64,000 nt of DNA, taken from the NCBI GenBank assembly GCA_028826165.1, contig JAPDFW010000141.1, positions 1-64,000 of the forward strand, written 5' to 3'. The translations under genes and the position numbers were made by a program. Origin of the DNA: Anaeramoeba ignava BMAN (lineage: Eukaryota > Protista > Anaeramoebae). The notes beneath the pieces were generated by a model. It saw only the letters and a list, made by a program, of their open reading frames with translations. It did no database searches and was not told the DNA's origin. Every line of letters starts with the position of its first letter. Within the stretch, counting starts at the first letter, position 1. This document shows, in pieces, positions 39,237 to 52,143 of this stretch.

Positions 39237-41187
39237 ATGATGCTTCGTTTAGTTAAAATTGTTTTAACAGATTTAACATCTCAAACAAGATCAAAAACAC
39301 CCCCTTTAATTCAAAAAGTTGCTTTTAAAGGAAATCAATTAAAATTTTATTTGTCATCTCCAAAAAAATTAGAATCCAAAAATAATTTGTTTGGTTTAAC
39401 AAATAGTTCTTTTCCTTATTTTATTTCTGAACACGAACATACAATTTCGAATGATAATTTTTTAAGTTATCCTTTTACAAATCGATTAAATGAATTAAAT
39501 GAAATAAATGAAATAAATGAATTAAATGAATTAAATGAATTAAATGAAATAAATGAATTTAATGAATTTAATCAACTAAATCAACTAAATCATTTCAATC
39601 ATTTCAATCAAATAAATCAACTAAATCAACTAAATCAACTAAATCAAATAAATCAACTAAATCAACTAAATCAACTTCCTTTATTTACAGAAAATGGAGA
39701 AAATCAAATCATTAAAATGAAAAAACAAATAAAAGAAAATCAAAATCAAAATCAAAATCAAAAAAAAAATCAAAATCAAATTCAAAATCAAAATCAAAAT
39801 CAAAATCAAGATCAAATTCAAAATCAAAAAGGAAATGAAATACAAATGGAATTTAAAAATATTAAAAATATTAAAAATACTAAAAATATTAAAAATATTA
39901 AAAATATTAAAAATATTAAAAATATTAAAAATATTAAAAATACTAAAAATATTAAAAATACTAAAGATATTAAAAATAACAGAAACAAAATACCAAATGT
40001 TGGTCTTCAAAATGTTGGTAATTCTTGTTATTTAGCAGCAACAATTCAATCTCTTTTTCATTCAAGTTTTGCTTTCATTGAAGCTTGTGGATCTGTTTCA
40101 AAAAATTTCCTCAAATTATTCAAAAAATATAAAAAATCTTATAATTTTTCAAGCATTTCATTAACTGAATTCAAAAATTTTATTTCACAAAAAAATATTC
40201 AATTTGACAATACTTTACAGCAAGATGCACATGAATTACTAACATTTTTACTTGATTCTTTTTTAGAAGAATACAAAAACTCAAATACAAATATAAATAC
40301 AAATATAAATACAAATTTAAATTCAAATACAAATACAAATGCAAATTTAAATACAAATTTAAATTCAAATTTAAATTTAAATTCAAATACAAATACAAAT
40401 AAAAATTTAAATTCAAATTCAAATACAAATACAAATTCAAATATAAATTCAAATACAAATTTAAATTCAATATTAAATTTAAATCCAATATTAAATTTAA
40501 ATCCAAAATTAAAACAATTTTTAACTCAATTTGTTGGACAAATTAAGAGTGTTGTTCAATGCTCAAAATGCAAAACTCAATTCATTTCCAAAGAGCCTTT
40601 TCTTTCTTTATCTTTACCAATTCCTCACAGAGACAAAAACGATAAATCAATTATTACACTTCAAGAGTGCTTCCAAGAATTACTCAAAATTGAAAAATTA
40701 ACAGGAGCAAATATGTACAATTGCTCTGTTTGCCAATCAAAGCAAATATGCTCCAAACAACTGTTTCTGAACCAAATCCCAAAAACACTAGTTATTCATT
40801 TGAAAAGATTCAAATTTCAAGAAGTTGAAAAAAAATCATTTTTAGATTTTTATTTTGCATACAAAAAAATCCCAAAAATCAGCTCCTGTTTTTGAAACTT
40901 TGAAAATTGATTCAACAATCAAATTCCCAGTTTCAAATTTTGATCTTGTTAAGGAAAATATTGTTTCTGACAAAAAAAAGAACTTGGGTTTGATTTATAA
41001 TCTTACTTCAATTATTCATCATTTTGGAGTTTATGAACATGGTCATTATATCTCTCAATGCTTTGATAAAAATTCCAAAAAATGGATCGAATTTAATGAT
41101 AATATTGTTAATGATTCTTTTCAATTCAAGAATATTTCTTCTTCTGCTTATATATTATTTTATGAACTTTCCAATTCAAATTTTTAG
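39237..41187 (+). CDS. Ubiquitin-specific protease (peptidase C19); frameshift near 40875
   Basis: Cys box GLQNVGNSCYLAATIQSL, QQDAHELL, CSKC, EPFLSLSL, CSVC, LVIHLKRF, and His box HHFGVYEHGHYISQC...WIEFND...AYILFY. Confidence 0.93.
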
Positions 41188-41423
41188 TTTGATTATTATT
41201 GATATTTTTTTTTTATTGAATAAAAAATTAAAATTATAAAAATAAAAATAAAATAATTTTTGTTTTGTTTTGTTTTTTTATTTGAAAAGTAAAAGAATCA
41301 AAATGTGTTTTTTTTGTTTGAAAAGGAAAAAAAAAAAGGAAAGAATTTGAAAAAGAAAAAAAGAAGAAAATTAAAAGAGAAAAAAAAAAATTTTCTTTTC
41401 GGGAAAGAAAAAAATGAGAAAAA

Positions 41424-44010
41424 TCACATTTTCTCAAAATGATTAGAAGGAACGAAACCCTCTCTACCATCTTCAGTAGCAACATACCACCAATCGCCTT
41501 GGTCTTCAAGAAGCAATACAACTGTATCAACAGTGAAAGACATTTCACCATCATTAGTAGCTTCGAAATCATAAATAGCTTGGGCGAATTGGTTTTGTTT
41601 TTCTTGAGGTTCTTCTTGGGGTTTTTGGGGTTCTTCATAAGTTTCTTGAGGTTCTTCATAATTTTGAGGTTCTTCATAATTTTGAGGTTCTTCATAATTT
41701 TGAGGTTCTTCATAATTTTGAGGTTCTTCATAATTTTGAGGTTCTTCATAATTTTGAGGTTCTTCATAGTTTTGAGGTTCTTCATAATTTTGTGGTTCTT
41801 CATAATTTTGTGGTTCTTCATAATTTTGTGGTTCTTCATAATTTTGTGGTTCTTCATAATTTTGTGGTTCTTCATAATTTTGAGGTTCTTCATAATTTTG
41901 TGGTTCTTCATATGTTTGTTGTACTTCTTCTGTTTTTTGTGCCCAACTTGTTACAACAGGCTTTGGTGGTTCTTCATATGTTTGTTGTGGCTCTTCATAT
42001 GTTTCCTCTTTTGGTTCTTCATGTACTTCTTGTGTTTTTTGTGCCCAACTTGTTTTCACAACAGGTTTTGGTGGTTCTGGTTGTGTTTGTTGTACCTGTT
42101 CTTGTGGCTTCCAACGATCAGCCACTCTTCCACGAGGTTTCTGAACAGGTTGTTGTTGATGAGGTTCGGGTTTTGGGTTTGTAAAACGCGAGCGAATATT
42201 ACCGACATTTCCTTGTTGAGTTTGAACAGCATTTCGTCGTTGTTGTTCCTCTTGTCTTTTCTTCCACATCTGCGATTGCTGCTCGCGTTGCTCCTGTTCG
42301 TGTTGGATCTGTTTGAGTTGTTCTCGACGTCTTCGAGCCACGAAGTCGTTTTCATCATTGCCTGATTGTCGTTGGGAAATCTTTGCGGTTTCTTCACGTT
42401 CTTCTTGTTCTTTTTGAAGATCTTCAATTTGTTGTTTTCTTCTTTGTTCGATTAATTGATCTCCTACTTGATCTTCTTCGTGTGTTTTTTTCTCTAAACT
42501 GTAGTTTTTGAATCCCGATGACATTTGGATTCCTGTGCCTTCTTTGTAGTATTTTGGTTGTGTTTGTCGTTGTCTTTGTGCAAAGTGTGGTTTGTCATAT
42601 ACGCTTCTTTGATAGTTGCTTGTCACTTTTTCTTTTTTTACAAAGTCTGGAAGTTCCATTCTTTTGGGTTCATCTTCGTCTTGATCTTTTGTTGTGAATT
42701 TTTGATTGACTCTTGTTGTACTTTTGAAGTCTGTTTTCAATATAAAATTCAATTAAATATAAAATTAATTTATAAAATTTAATATAAAATTTATTTATAA
42801 AATTTAATATAAAATTTATTTATAAAATTTAATATAAAATTAAATATAAAATTAAATATAAAATTAAATATAAAATTAAATATAAAATTAAATATAAAAT
42901 TAAATATAAAATTAAATATAAAATTAAATATAAAATTAAATAAAATTAAATATTAAATTAAATATAAAATTAAATATAATATTATATAAAATTAAATATA
43001 AAATTAAATATAAAATTAAATATAAAAATTAAATATAAAATTAAAATAAAATTAAAATAAAAAAATTAAAAAATTAAATATAAAAAATAAATATAAAATT
43101 AAATATAAAATTAAATATAAATAAATTAAAATAAATATAAATTCAAAATTAAATATAATATTATTAAATATAAAATTAAATATAAAATTAAATATAAAAT
43201 TAAATATAAAATTAAATATAAAATTAAATATAAAATTAAATATAAAATTAAATATAAAATTAATTATAAAATTAAATATTAAAATTAAATATAAAATTAA
43301 ATATAAAATTAAATATTAAATTAAATATAATATTAAATATAAAATTAAATATAAAATTAAATATTAAATTAAATATAAAATTAAATATTAAATTAAATAT
43401 AATATTAAATATAAAATTAAATATAAAATTAAATATAAAATTCAAATTCAATTTCAAATTCAAAATCAAATTCAATTTCAAATTCAAATTCAAATTCAAT
43501 TTCAATTTCAATTTCAAATTCAAAATCAAATTCAATTTCAAATTCAAATTCAAATTCAATTTCAATTTCAATTTCAAATTCAAAATCAAATTCAATTTCA
43601 AATTCAAATTCAAATTCAAATTCAATTTCAAATTCAATATAAAATTCAATTTCAAATTTAATTTCAAATTCAAATTCAATTTCAAATTCAATTTCAAATT
43701 CAATTTCAAATTCAAATTCAAATTCAAATTTAATTTTCAAATAAATTAAATTAAATTTAAATTAAAATTAAATATAAAATTAAATTTCAAATTCAAATTC
43801 AATTTCAAATTCAAATTCAATTTCAAATTCAAATTTAAATTAAATATCAAATTCAATTTCAAATTCAATTTCAAATTCAATTTCAAATTCAAATTCAAAT
43901 TCAAATTCAAATTCAAAATTTGGTTCTTAATTTAATTTTGTTATTAATTTTGATTATTAATGGGTTTTATCTTTACTTGATTCTGTTTCCCAATCATCAT
44001 CATCATCCAT
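41424..44010 (-). CDS. Cortactin/Abp1-like protein: N-terminal acidic DDW motif, coiled coil, YEEPQN repeats, C-terminal SH3; exons 44010-43977 and 42730-41424
   Basis: Exon 1 MDDDDDWETES joins in phase 1 (A|gtaaag ... cag|AC) to NFKSTTRV...; SH3 reads AQAIYDFEATNDGEMSF...DWWY...GFVPSNH. Confidence 0.8.
41630..41915 (-). repeat. 18-nt coding tandem repeat (EEPQNY)n, ~14-15 copies
   Basis: ggttcttcataattttg[a/t] units on the plus strand. Confidence 0.92.
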
Positions 44011-44452
44011 TTTTTTTGGTTTAATTTTTGAAAGTTTTAAAAATTTGCTCATTTTTAAATTTAATTTAATTTTAATTTAATTTGAATTTAAATTTAATAT
44101 TTTTTGATTTTGATTTTGATTTTGATTTGTTTTTAAAATAAAAGAAAATAGAAAATAGAAAATGAAAAAATTTTTTATTTTTAATTTTTTTTAATTAAAA
44201 TTTTTTTTTTGCCTTCTTTTATTAATTTAAAATAATTTTGACTAATTTAAATTAAATTATTAGTAAGTTTAATTAAAATAAATTAAAATAAGTTAAATTA
44301 AATTAAAATAAAGTGCCAGCTGTTTATATAATTGTTTTTTTTTGTTTTTTGTTTTTGAAAAATTTTTTTTCATTTTTTGATCTTTTATTTTTTTTCTTTT
44401 TTTCTTTTTTTCATTTTATTCTTTTTCCTTTTTTTTCTTCTTGTTTAATTAA

Positions 44453-47400
44453 ATGACAAAGTGTTACTTATTTTTTGTCTTTATTTGTCTAATTTTTTTA
44501 TGTTTTTCAACTTTTCATTTTATTTCTAATCAATTTTTCAATCCAATCATCAAATCAATTTCATCAGAATTTGATCACAAATCAAATTATATTCCAAAAA
44601 ACAAAATTCCAAATAATCCAAAAGAAAAGGGATTAAATTTTAATTTAAATTTTGATTTAAATTTTAATTTAGAAACAAAAAAAAAAGAAAAAATAAAATT
44701 GTTGAGAAATTATTCTCAAAATAATCAATTGAATTTAGAAAATAAAATATATTCAAATCAAGTGAGAGCAACAGAATTAAATACAAAATTCAATTCAAAT
44801 ACAAAAAATTTTCCCAATTTTGTAATTTTTAATTTCAATTTTAAAAAAAAACAAAAAAACATTTTAATTCCAAAAAGTTATTTTTTTTAAAAAATTAAAA
44901 AATTATAAGAAAAATGAATTACAAAATACAAAAATAATTAAAGCAACATTATTGAATTATTTTACACATTTTGTAACTCAAGGCTCTTCTATAAATTTTA
45001 ATGCAACTCCTATTTGGAATCAAGGTAATTAATTTAAGAAAATAAAAATAATTTGAAAAAAATGGAAAGTTTTTTTAAATTGCAAAATTATAAACCTTTT
45101 ATTTGAATCCAAATCAGGGATTGAAGGTGATTTAGAAGTTATTGGTTTAGCTGATACTGGAATTGATACTGATTTATGTTTTTTTCATGATGATAATCCA
45201 GGAAGTTTTCTTCCAATTAATGAGATTAATACAACTTGTCATAGAAAATTTAATTCATATTTTCTTGAAGGAGGAAATGCTTCTGATTATATAAATGGAC
45301 ATGGAACATTTGTTGTGTGTTATTCTCAATATTAAATATTAAATTCAAATTCAAAAAACAAATTCAAAATCAAATTCAAAATCAAATTCAAAATCAAAAT
45401 CAAAATCAAAATCAAAATCAAATTCAAAATCAAATTCAAAATCAAATTCAAAATCAAATTCAAAAACAAAATCAAAAACAAATTTAAAATTAAATTCAAA
45501 ATTAAATTCAAAATTAAAATCAAAAACAAATTCCAAAAACAAATTCAAATTCAAAAACAAAATCAAAACCAAAATCAAAATCAAAATCAAAATCAAAATC
45601 AAAATCAAAATCAAAATCAAAATCAAAATCAAAATCAAAATCAAAATCAAAATCAAAATCAAATTCAAAATTAAAATCAAATTCAAAATCAAATTCAAAA
45701 TTAAATTCAAAATCAAAATCAAAATCAAATTCAAAATTAAAATCAAATTCAAAATTAAATTCAAAATCAAATTCAAAATTAAATTCAAAATTAAATTCAA
45801 ATTCAAATTAAAATTCAAATTTAAATTTAAATTCAATTTAAAATTTAATATAAAATTTAGGCAGGATCAATTGCTGGCTCAACAACAAATTCTTTTAAAG
45901 ATTACAATGGAATGGCTCCTAACGCTAAATTTGCTTTTACAGCATTATCTTCAGATGGAAAAAATATCCAAATTCCAGAAAATATTTCAAGTATTCTTCA
46001 AAAATCTTATTCTTCAGGTAATTTGTTTTTTTTTCTTCTTTTTTATTGGAAAAATTTTTTTAAAAAAAATATTAATTGATATACGTTCCACTTTTTTTAG
46101 GAGCAAGAATATTTTCTTTTTCTTTTGGAATAAATTCAACTTGTTATGATATTTTAAGTCAATCAGTTGATGATTTTTCATGGCAAAATAAAGTATTCCA
46201 AAAAAAAAATAAATCGGAAAAAAATTTTTGAAAAATCGGAAAAAAAATAAATATATAAATAATTTTTTTTTCTTTTTCAGGATTTTCTTTCGATTACTCC
46301 TGTTGGGAATCAAGGAGAAAATGGAGACTTTTCAATTATGTCGCCTGCTTATTCTAAAAATTCACTTAGTGTTGGTTCTGCAATGGCTTCATATGAATCA
46401 TTTGAAATGGAATATTCTCGTGAAAATATAGAAATTCAAGTCAATCAACAAATAACAACTAATTTATTACAATCCGATATACCTCCTTATATTTGGATGC
46501 TTCCTGAAATGAAAATAGAACAAGAAGTAAAAACAACACTTTTTTTAGATAATAAATTTATTTTAATTAAATTAAATTAAATTGAATAATATTATTTTTT
46601 TTTGATTTAGATTGTAATTTCAGATCCTCAAGATGCTTGTTCTGAAATTTTACAAGATTATTCTAATAAAATTGTTCTTGTTTATAATGGAAATGTAAAA
46701 AAAAAAAGAATTAAAATATTAAATGAAATATTAAATGTTGATAATGATAATAAAAAATAGTGTGATTACAGTACAAAAATCCAAAATGTTAATTCAACAA
46801 ATGCTTCAGCTGTTCTTGTGAAACAACTTCCTAATAATGATCTTGTTGTAATGACAACAGATCCACCAATTATTGTTGATATTCCTTCTTTAATGATTTC
46901 TGATGATGTTGGACAACTTTTAATCAATGCATCTTCTTATGGAGAATCAATTATCATTCAATCCAAAAAACAAAATTATTCGTCAAATGAACAATATCAG
47001 AACAGCAATATTGCTGGGTTTTCTAGCAGAGGACCTACTTTGGATGGGAGATTTAAACCAGAAATTGTTTCACCTGGAGAATTTGTTTTTTCATCAAAAT
47101 CACATGGTTTTGAAAATGATTCAAATTTGAGATGCGATATATCTCAAACAATTAAAAGTGAAGGAACATCAATATCAGCATCAATTGTGTCAGGATTGGC
47201 TGCATTAACAAGACAATATTTCAGAGAAGGATTTTATCCTTCAGGATATAAAGTAATTCCAAAAAACAAAAGATGAAGAAAAGTTTTTAAAAAATTAAAA
47301 ATACTATTTTTTATTCAATTATAGAATGCAAGTAATTCTTTTCTTCCATCAGCTGCATTAATAAAAGCCATGCTGATAAATTCAGGACGGAATATGGATG

Positions 47401-49470
47401 GACTTATTCAAATTGAACAAGGTTTTTATTTTATAATTTTAATATTAATATTTTTATTTTTATTTTTATTTAATATTTTTCAATTTAGATTTTGTAAAAC
47501 TTGAACCATTACCTCCTCCAACACCTTATCAAGGATTTGGGCATGTTCAGCTTGATTCTGTTTTATATTTTAATACAAGCTCTTTTAATTTGTTTGTTAG
47601 TGATGAATTTTCACTTTCACAAAATGAATCAAAAGTTTTTTGTTTTGATGTTTATAATGAATCTATTCCTTTGAAAATTACTCTTGTTTGGACTGATTAT
47701 CCTGGAGATATTCTTCCTTTTGAATATCCAGCTCTTGTTAATGATCTTGATCTTATTGTTACTGATCCACTTGGGAATCAATTTTTTGGGAATATGCTTG
47801 AAACAACAACATTAAATAAATATCTTCTTGATTCCTTAAATAATGTTGAGCAGGTATTAATTAAGAAGATCAATTCAAATCAATTTATGAAATTTATGAA
47901 ATTTATAATATTTAAATCAATATTTAATTTAATTTAATTTTAATTTAATAAATCAATATTTAAATTTAATTTAAATCAATATTTAATTTAATATTTTAAT
48001 TTAATTTAATTTTAATTTTTATTTAATTTAATATTTAATTTAATTTAATATTTAATATAATATTTAATTTAATTTAATATTTAATTTAATTTAATATTTA
48101 ATTTAATTCAATATTCAAATTTAATATTTAATTTATTTAATATTTAAATCAATATTTAAAATTTAATAAATCAATATTAATATTTAAATCAATATTTAAA
48201 ATTTAATTTAAATCAATATTTAATATTTAAATCAATATTTAATATTTAATTTAATTTAATATTTAAAATTTAATTTAAATCAATATTTAATTTAAATCAA
48301 TATTCAATATTTAATTTAATATTTAATATTTAATTTAATATTCAATATTTAATATTTAAATCAATATTCAAATTAATATTATTTAATTTAATACTTAAAA
48401 AAAAGGTTTGGATACTCCCACCAAAATCATTAATCACAGGTAGACACGTAGTATCAATAATCGGAACTAATATAAAACAAGCACCACAACCATTCTCACT
48501 TGTTGTTACAGGAGGATTTGCAGTTGGATCATTCTGCGGACCAGCAACATGTCCAAACAATTGCGCAAATCAAGGAGTTTGTAACAACGGGATATGCATA
48601 TGCAATACGGGATTCTACGGGAAGGATTGCAGCTTATTGACATACAAAGTGTCTACTGATCACGACTATGCAGGAACAATAGCACCCTTTGAATGGAAAT
48701 TATACCATTATGAAACACCCGATGAGATCGAAGGTTCACTTAAAAATGAACCAATTACTTTCGTTCTGAAAAATTGGGGAAATTCGGGAAATATTAAATT
48801 TTATATAAAAATTGGAAAACCTCCAACTCTTTATGATTATGATTACATCTCTTTATTCGCACAAGCAAACCAAGAAACCCAAATTGAAATTTCACCTGAT
48901 GATATCACAACAGACACTGAATATCATATCGGAATCTACGGTTTCTGTTGTGATTTCACTCAGTATTCCGTTGAAGTCGTCTACCAAGACTCTGATTCAG
49001 GTCTTTCAACAACTTCCACAATTTCAATCATTGTTTCTGGATTTTTTTTACTCCTCGTTTTCCTCGCTTGCGCCATTTGGCTCAAAAGTAAAGACAAAAA
49101 AAACCTCAATTTCGCTAGATGTTGGGGTCAGAAATCTTGTTGCAAAAAGAAATACAAAAAACGGAATATGTCTTCTGAAAATCTCTCAAAAATTAGTGAT
49201 CGTAAACATTCTTCAATTGACCCAAATGAGATCCAAAATGAGATCCAAAATGAATTTCAAAATGAATTTCAAAATGAATTTCAAAATGAATTTCAAAATG
49301 AATTCCAAAATCAAATCAAAAATGACCCAAATAATCATGAAAACAAAAGTGATAAAAATTCTCTTAATCTTTCTCCTTTTAAGGATTTTGAAATTGAAAT
49401 GGATATTAAAATTCCTTCAAAAGATACTTCTCCTTTTGATACAGAAGTTATGGAATTCCGAGAAAATTAA
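44453..49470 (+). CDS. Membrane-anchored subtilisin-like serine protease (S8, KP-43/TagC-like) with PA insert, EGF-like domain and C-terminal transmembrane helix; ~11 exons
   Basis: Hydrophobic N-terminus; catalytic motifs LADTGID, NGHGTFV and EGTSISAS; SPAYSKNSLSVG; FSSRGPTLDGRFKPEIVSPG; LKITLVWTDYPG...LVNDLDL; NNVEQV; EGF CPNNCANQGVCNNGICICNTGFYGKDC; TM IIVSGFFLLLVFLACAIW. Confidence 0.9.
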
Positions 49471-49598
49471 ATTGATAATAAAAAAAAAGAATTTGAATAA
49501 AAATTTTTTAAAAAAAAATCAAAAATTTAAAATTAAAAATTTCATTTTTTTTCTCTTTTCTTTTCTAAATAGAATTTTAAAAACAAATTTTCTTGGAA

Positions 49599-51590
49599 AT
49601 GAATAAAAAGAAATTTAATAAGAATCCAAAAAATAAATACTTTCATTTTGCTAAAAAAAAAAAAAAATTAAAATCAAAAGAAAAAAAGAAAAAAAATAAT
49701 CAAAATCAAAATCAAAATCAAAATCAAAATTTATCAATCCGTCAAATAGATCAAGATAATGAAGAACATTTTTATGATGATTTCTCAATAATTTGTTTAA
49801 AAAATTTCAATTCAAAACTGAAAGAACATTTGATTTTTAATTCAAAAGAAGAAAATGAGAAAATAAAAAATGAATCAATGAATTGGTTTGAAAATGAATT
49901 TCATTTAAATAAACCTTTTTATCAAATCAAATTTTCAAACGAGGCACATAAATTAAGAGTTGATAATGCTGGTGGTTCTTCTTTACAATCCGAATCACTT
50001 TCTTTTGAAATTTTACGCAGAGAACTTGGAGTTAAATTAGTTGCAAATGGTTAAAAACCTTTTAAATCCAAATTAAATATTTATTTGAAATATTTAAATT
50101 AATATTTAAATCAAATCCAAAATATTCAAATTAATATTCAAATTAATATTTAAATTAATATTTAAATCAAATATTTAAATCAAATCCAAAATATTTAAAT
50201 TAAATTCAAAAAATATTTAAATTAATATTTAAATCAAATATTTAAATCAAACTAAAATATTTAAATCAAACTTAAAAAATATTTAAAAATATTTATTTAA
50301 ATCAAATCCAAAATATTCAAATTAATATTTAAATCAAATCCAAAATATTTAAATTAATATTTAAATCAAATCCAAAATATTTAAATCAAATATTTAAATC
50401 AAATCCAAAATATTTAAATTAATATTTAAATCAAATCCAAAATATTTAAATTAATATTTAAATCAAATCCAAAATATTAAATTAATATTTAAATCAAATC
50501 CAAAATATTTAAATCAAATCCAAAATATTTAAATTAATATTTAAATTAATATTTAAATTAATATTTAAATTAATATTTAAATTAATATTTAAATTAATAT
50601 TTAAATCAAATATTTAAATCAAATCCAAAAATATTTAAATAAACTAAAATATTTAAATTAATATTTAAATTAATATTTCAAATCCAAAATATTTAAATCA
50701 AATCCAAAAATATTTAAATCAAATATTCAAATCAAATCCAAATCAAATATTTAAATTAAATATTTAAATCAAATCCAAAATATTTAAATTAATATTCAAA
50801 TTAATATTTAAATCAAATCCAAAATATTTAAATTAATATTTAAATCAATATTTAAATCAATATTTAAATTAATATTTAAATTAATATTTAAATTAATATT
50901 TAAATCAAATCCAAAATATTTAAATTAATATTTAAATCAAATATTTAAATTAATATTTAAATTAATATTTAAATCAAATCCAAAATATTTAAATCAATAT
51001 TTAAATCAAATCCAAATCAAATATTTAAATTAATATTTAAATTAATATTTAAATCAATATTTAAATCAATATTTAAAATATTTAAATCAAATATTTAAAT
51101 CAAATCCAAAATATTTAAATTAATATTTAAATTAATATTTAAATCAAATCCAAAATATTTAAATTAATATTTAAATTAATATTTAAATTAATATTTATTT
51201 GGAATATTAAAATTAGAACTCGAAATTGAATACGATCTTGAATACAATAAAAAAACTACAGGTCCCAAAACTGATTACGCTTGCAAAATAGAAAATACAA
51301 TATTTGGAGTGAGTGTAACTAGAACACAAGAAAAATATCAAAATGGAAATTTTTCTAATGAAAATGCTTCAAAACTTTTTATGAAAAAACTTAAATCAAT
51401 ATTATCTTCAACAATTCACGTAAAATATCCACAATTTGATCATCAAATTTTACATATTTGGACATCAGATGCAAAAACTATTCCAATACTTAAAGAAGTT
51501 TTTAGTCAAATTGAAGATTCATTAACTAGAAATTGTACTGTGCTTATTACTTTAGCTTCTGATGAATCTTCATCTTTAATTTTCAAATGA
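49599..51590 (+). CDS. AAC4-like protein (Dictyostelium AAC-rich mRNA clone 4 family); exons 49599-50049 and 51217-51590
   Basis: NAGGSSLQSESLSFEIL...KLVAN|ELEIEY...KTDY...FGVSVTR...KKLKSI...QILHIW; phase-1 GT-AG intron 50050-51216. The family assignment is from recalled motifs. Confidence 0.7.
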
Positions 51591-51689
51591 ATAAAAAGAA
51601 AAATTTTTTCAATTTAAAATTTTAATTCAAATTTTTCAATTTTCATTTTTTTTCTGTTAATTTTTCTGTTAATTTTTTTTTATTTAAAT

Positions 51690-52058
51690 ATGGCTTTTCA
51701 AGATTCTCAACTTGCTGAACTTTTTAGTAACGATTTTATTAAACTTATTGAATCAGAAAATTTATTAACAGAATTTAGATCTGAAGCAATTAAATCTACT
51801 TTTCAACATTTAATTCCACTTGAAAATGTTGTAAAAGCAAATCAAATTTCAAAAGAAGGTCTTAGATCTCAATTAAACCAAATTCTTTATGATTCTGTTT
51901 TCCAAAAAGCAATGAGAGAAAAGTTGAATGATAAACTTGTTGATTTTGTTGAGCAAAATCTATCTCAAAAATTAACTGAATTTTTATCTTCAAAATCAAC
52001 TCAAACAACAATTAAAAAACCAGAAAATAAATTTCCTGATTTAGAAAAAGATAATTGA
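51690..52058 (+). CDS. Small helical hypothetical protein (weak BOD1/Shg1 resemblance)
   Basis: Clean 122-aa ORF with typical codon usage and an upstream TCATTT motif. Confidence 0.6.
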   Translation: MAFQDSQLAELFSNDFIKLIESENLLTEFRSEAIKSTFQHLIPLENVVKANQISKEGLRSQLNQILYDSVFQKAMREKLNDKLVDFVEQNLSQKLTEFLSSKSTQTTIKKPENKFPDLEKDN

Positions 52059-52143
52059 ATTATTTTTATTTAAAAAAATTTTTCTTGAATTGGAATAAAA
52101 AGAAATTTTTCAAATTTTTAATTTTCAAATTTTTTTAATTTAA

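Noticed and set aside
41439-42365. 308-aa plus-strand ORF with FFIILR/W repeats
   Set aside because: It is the antisense shadow of the EEPQNY repeat gene.
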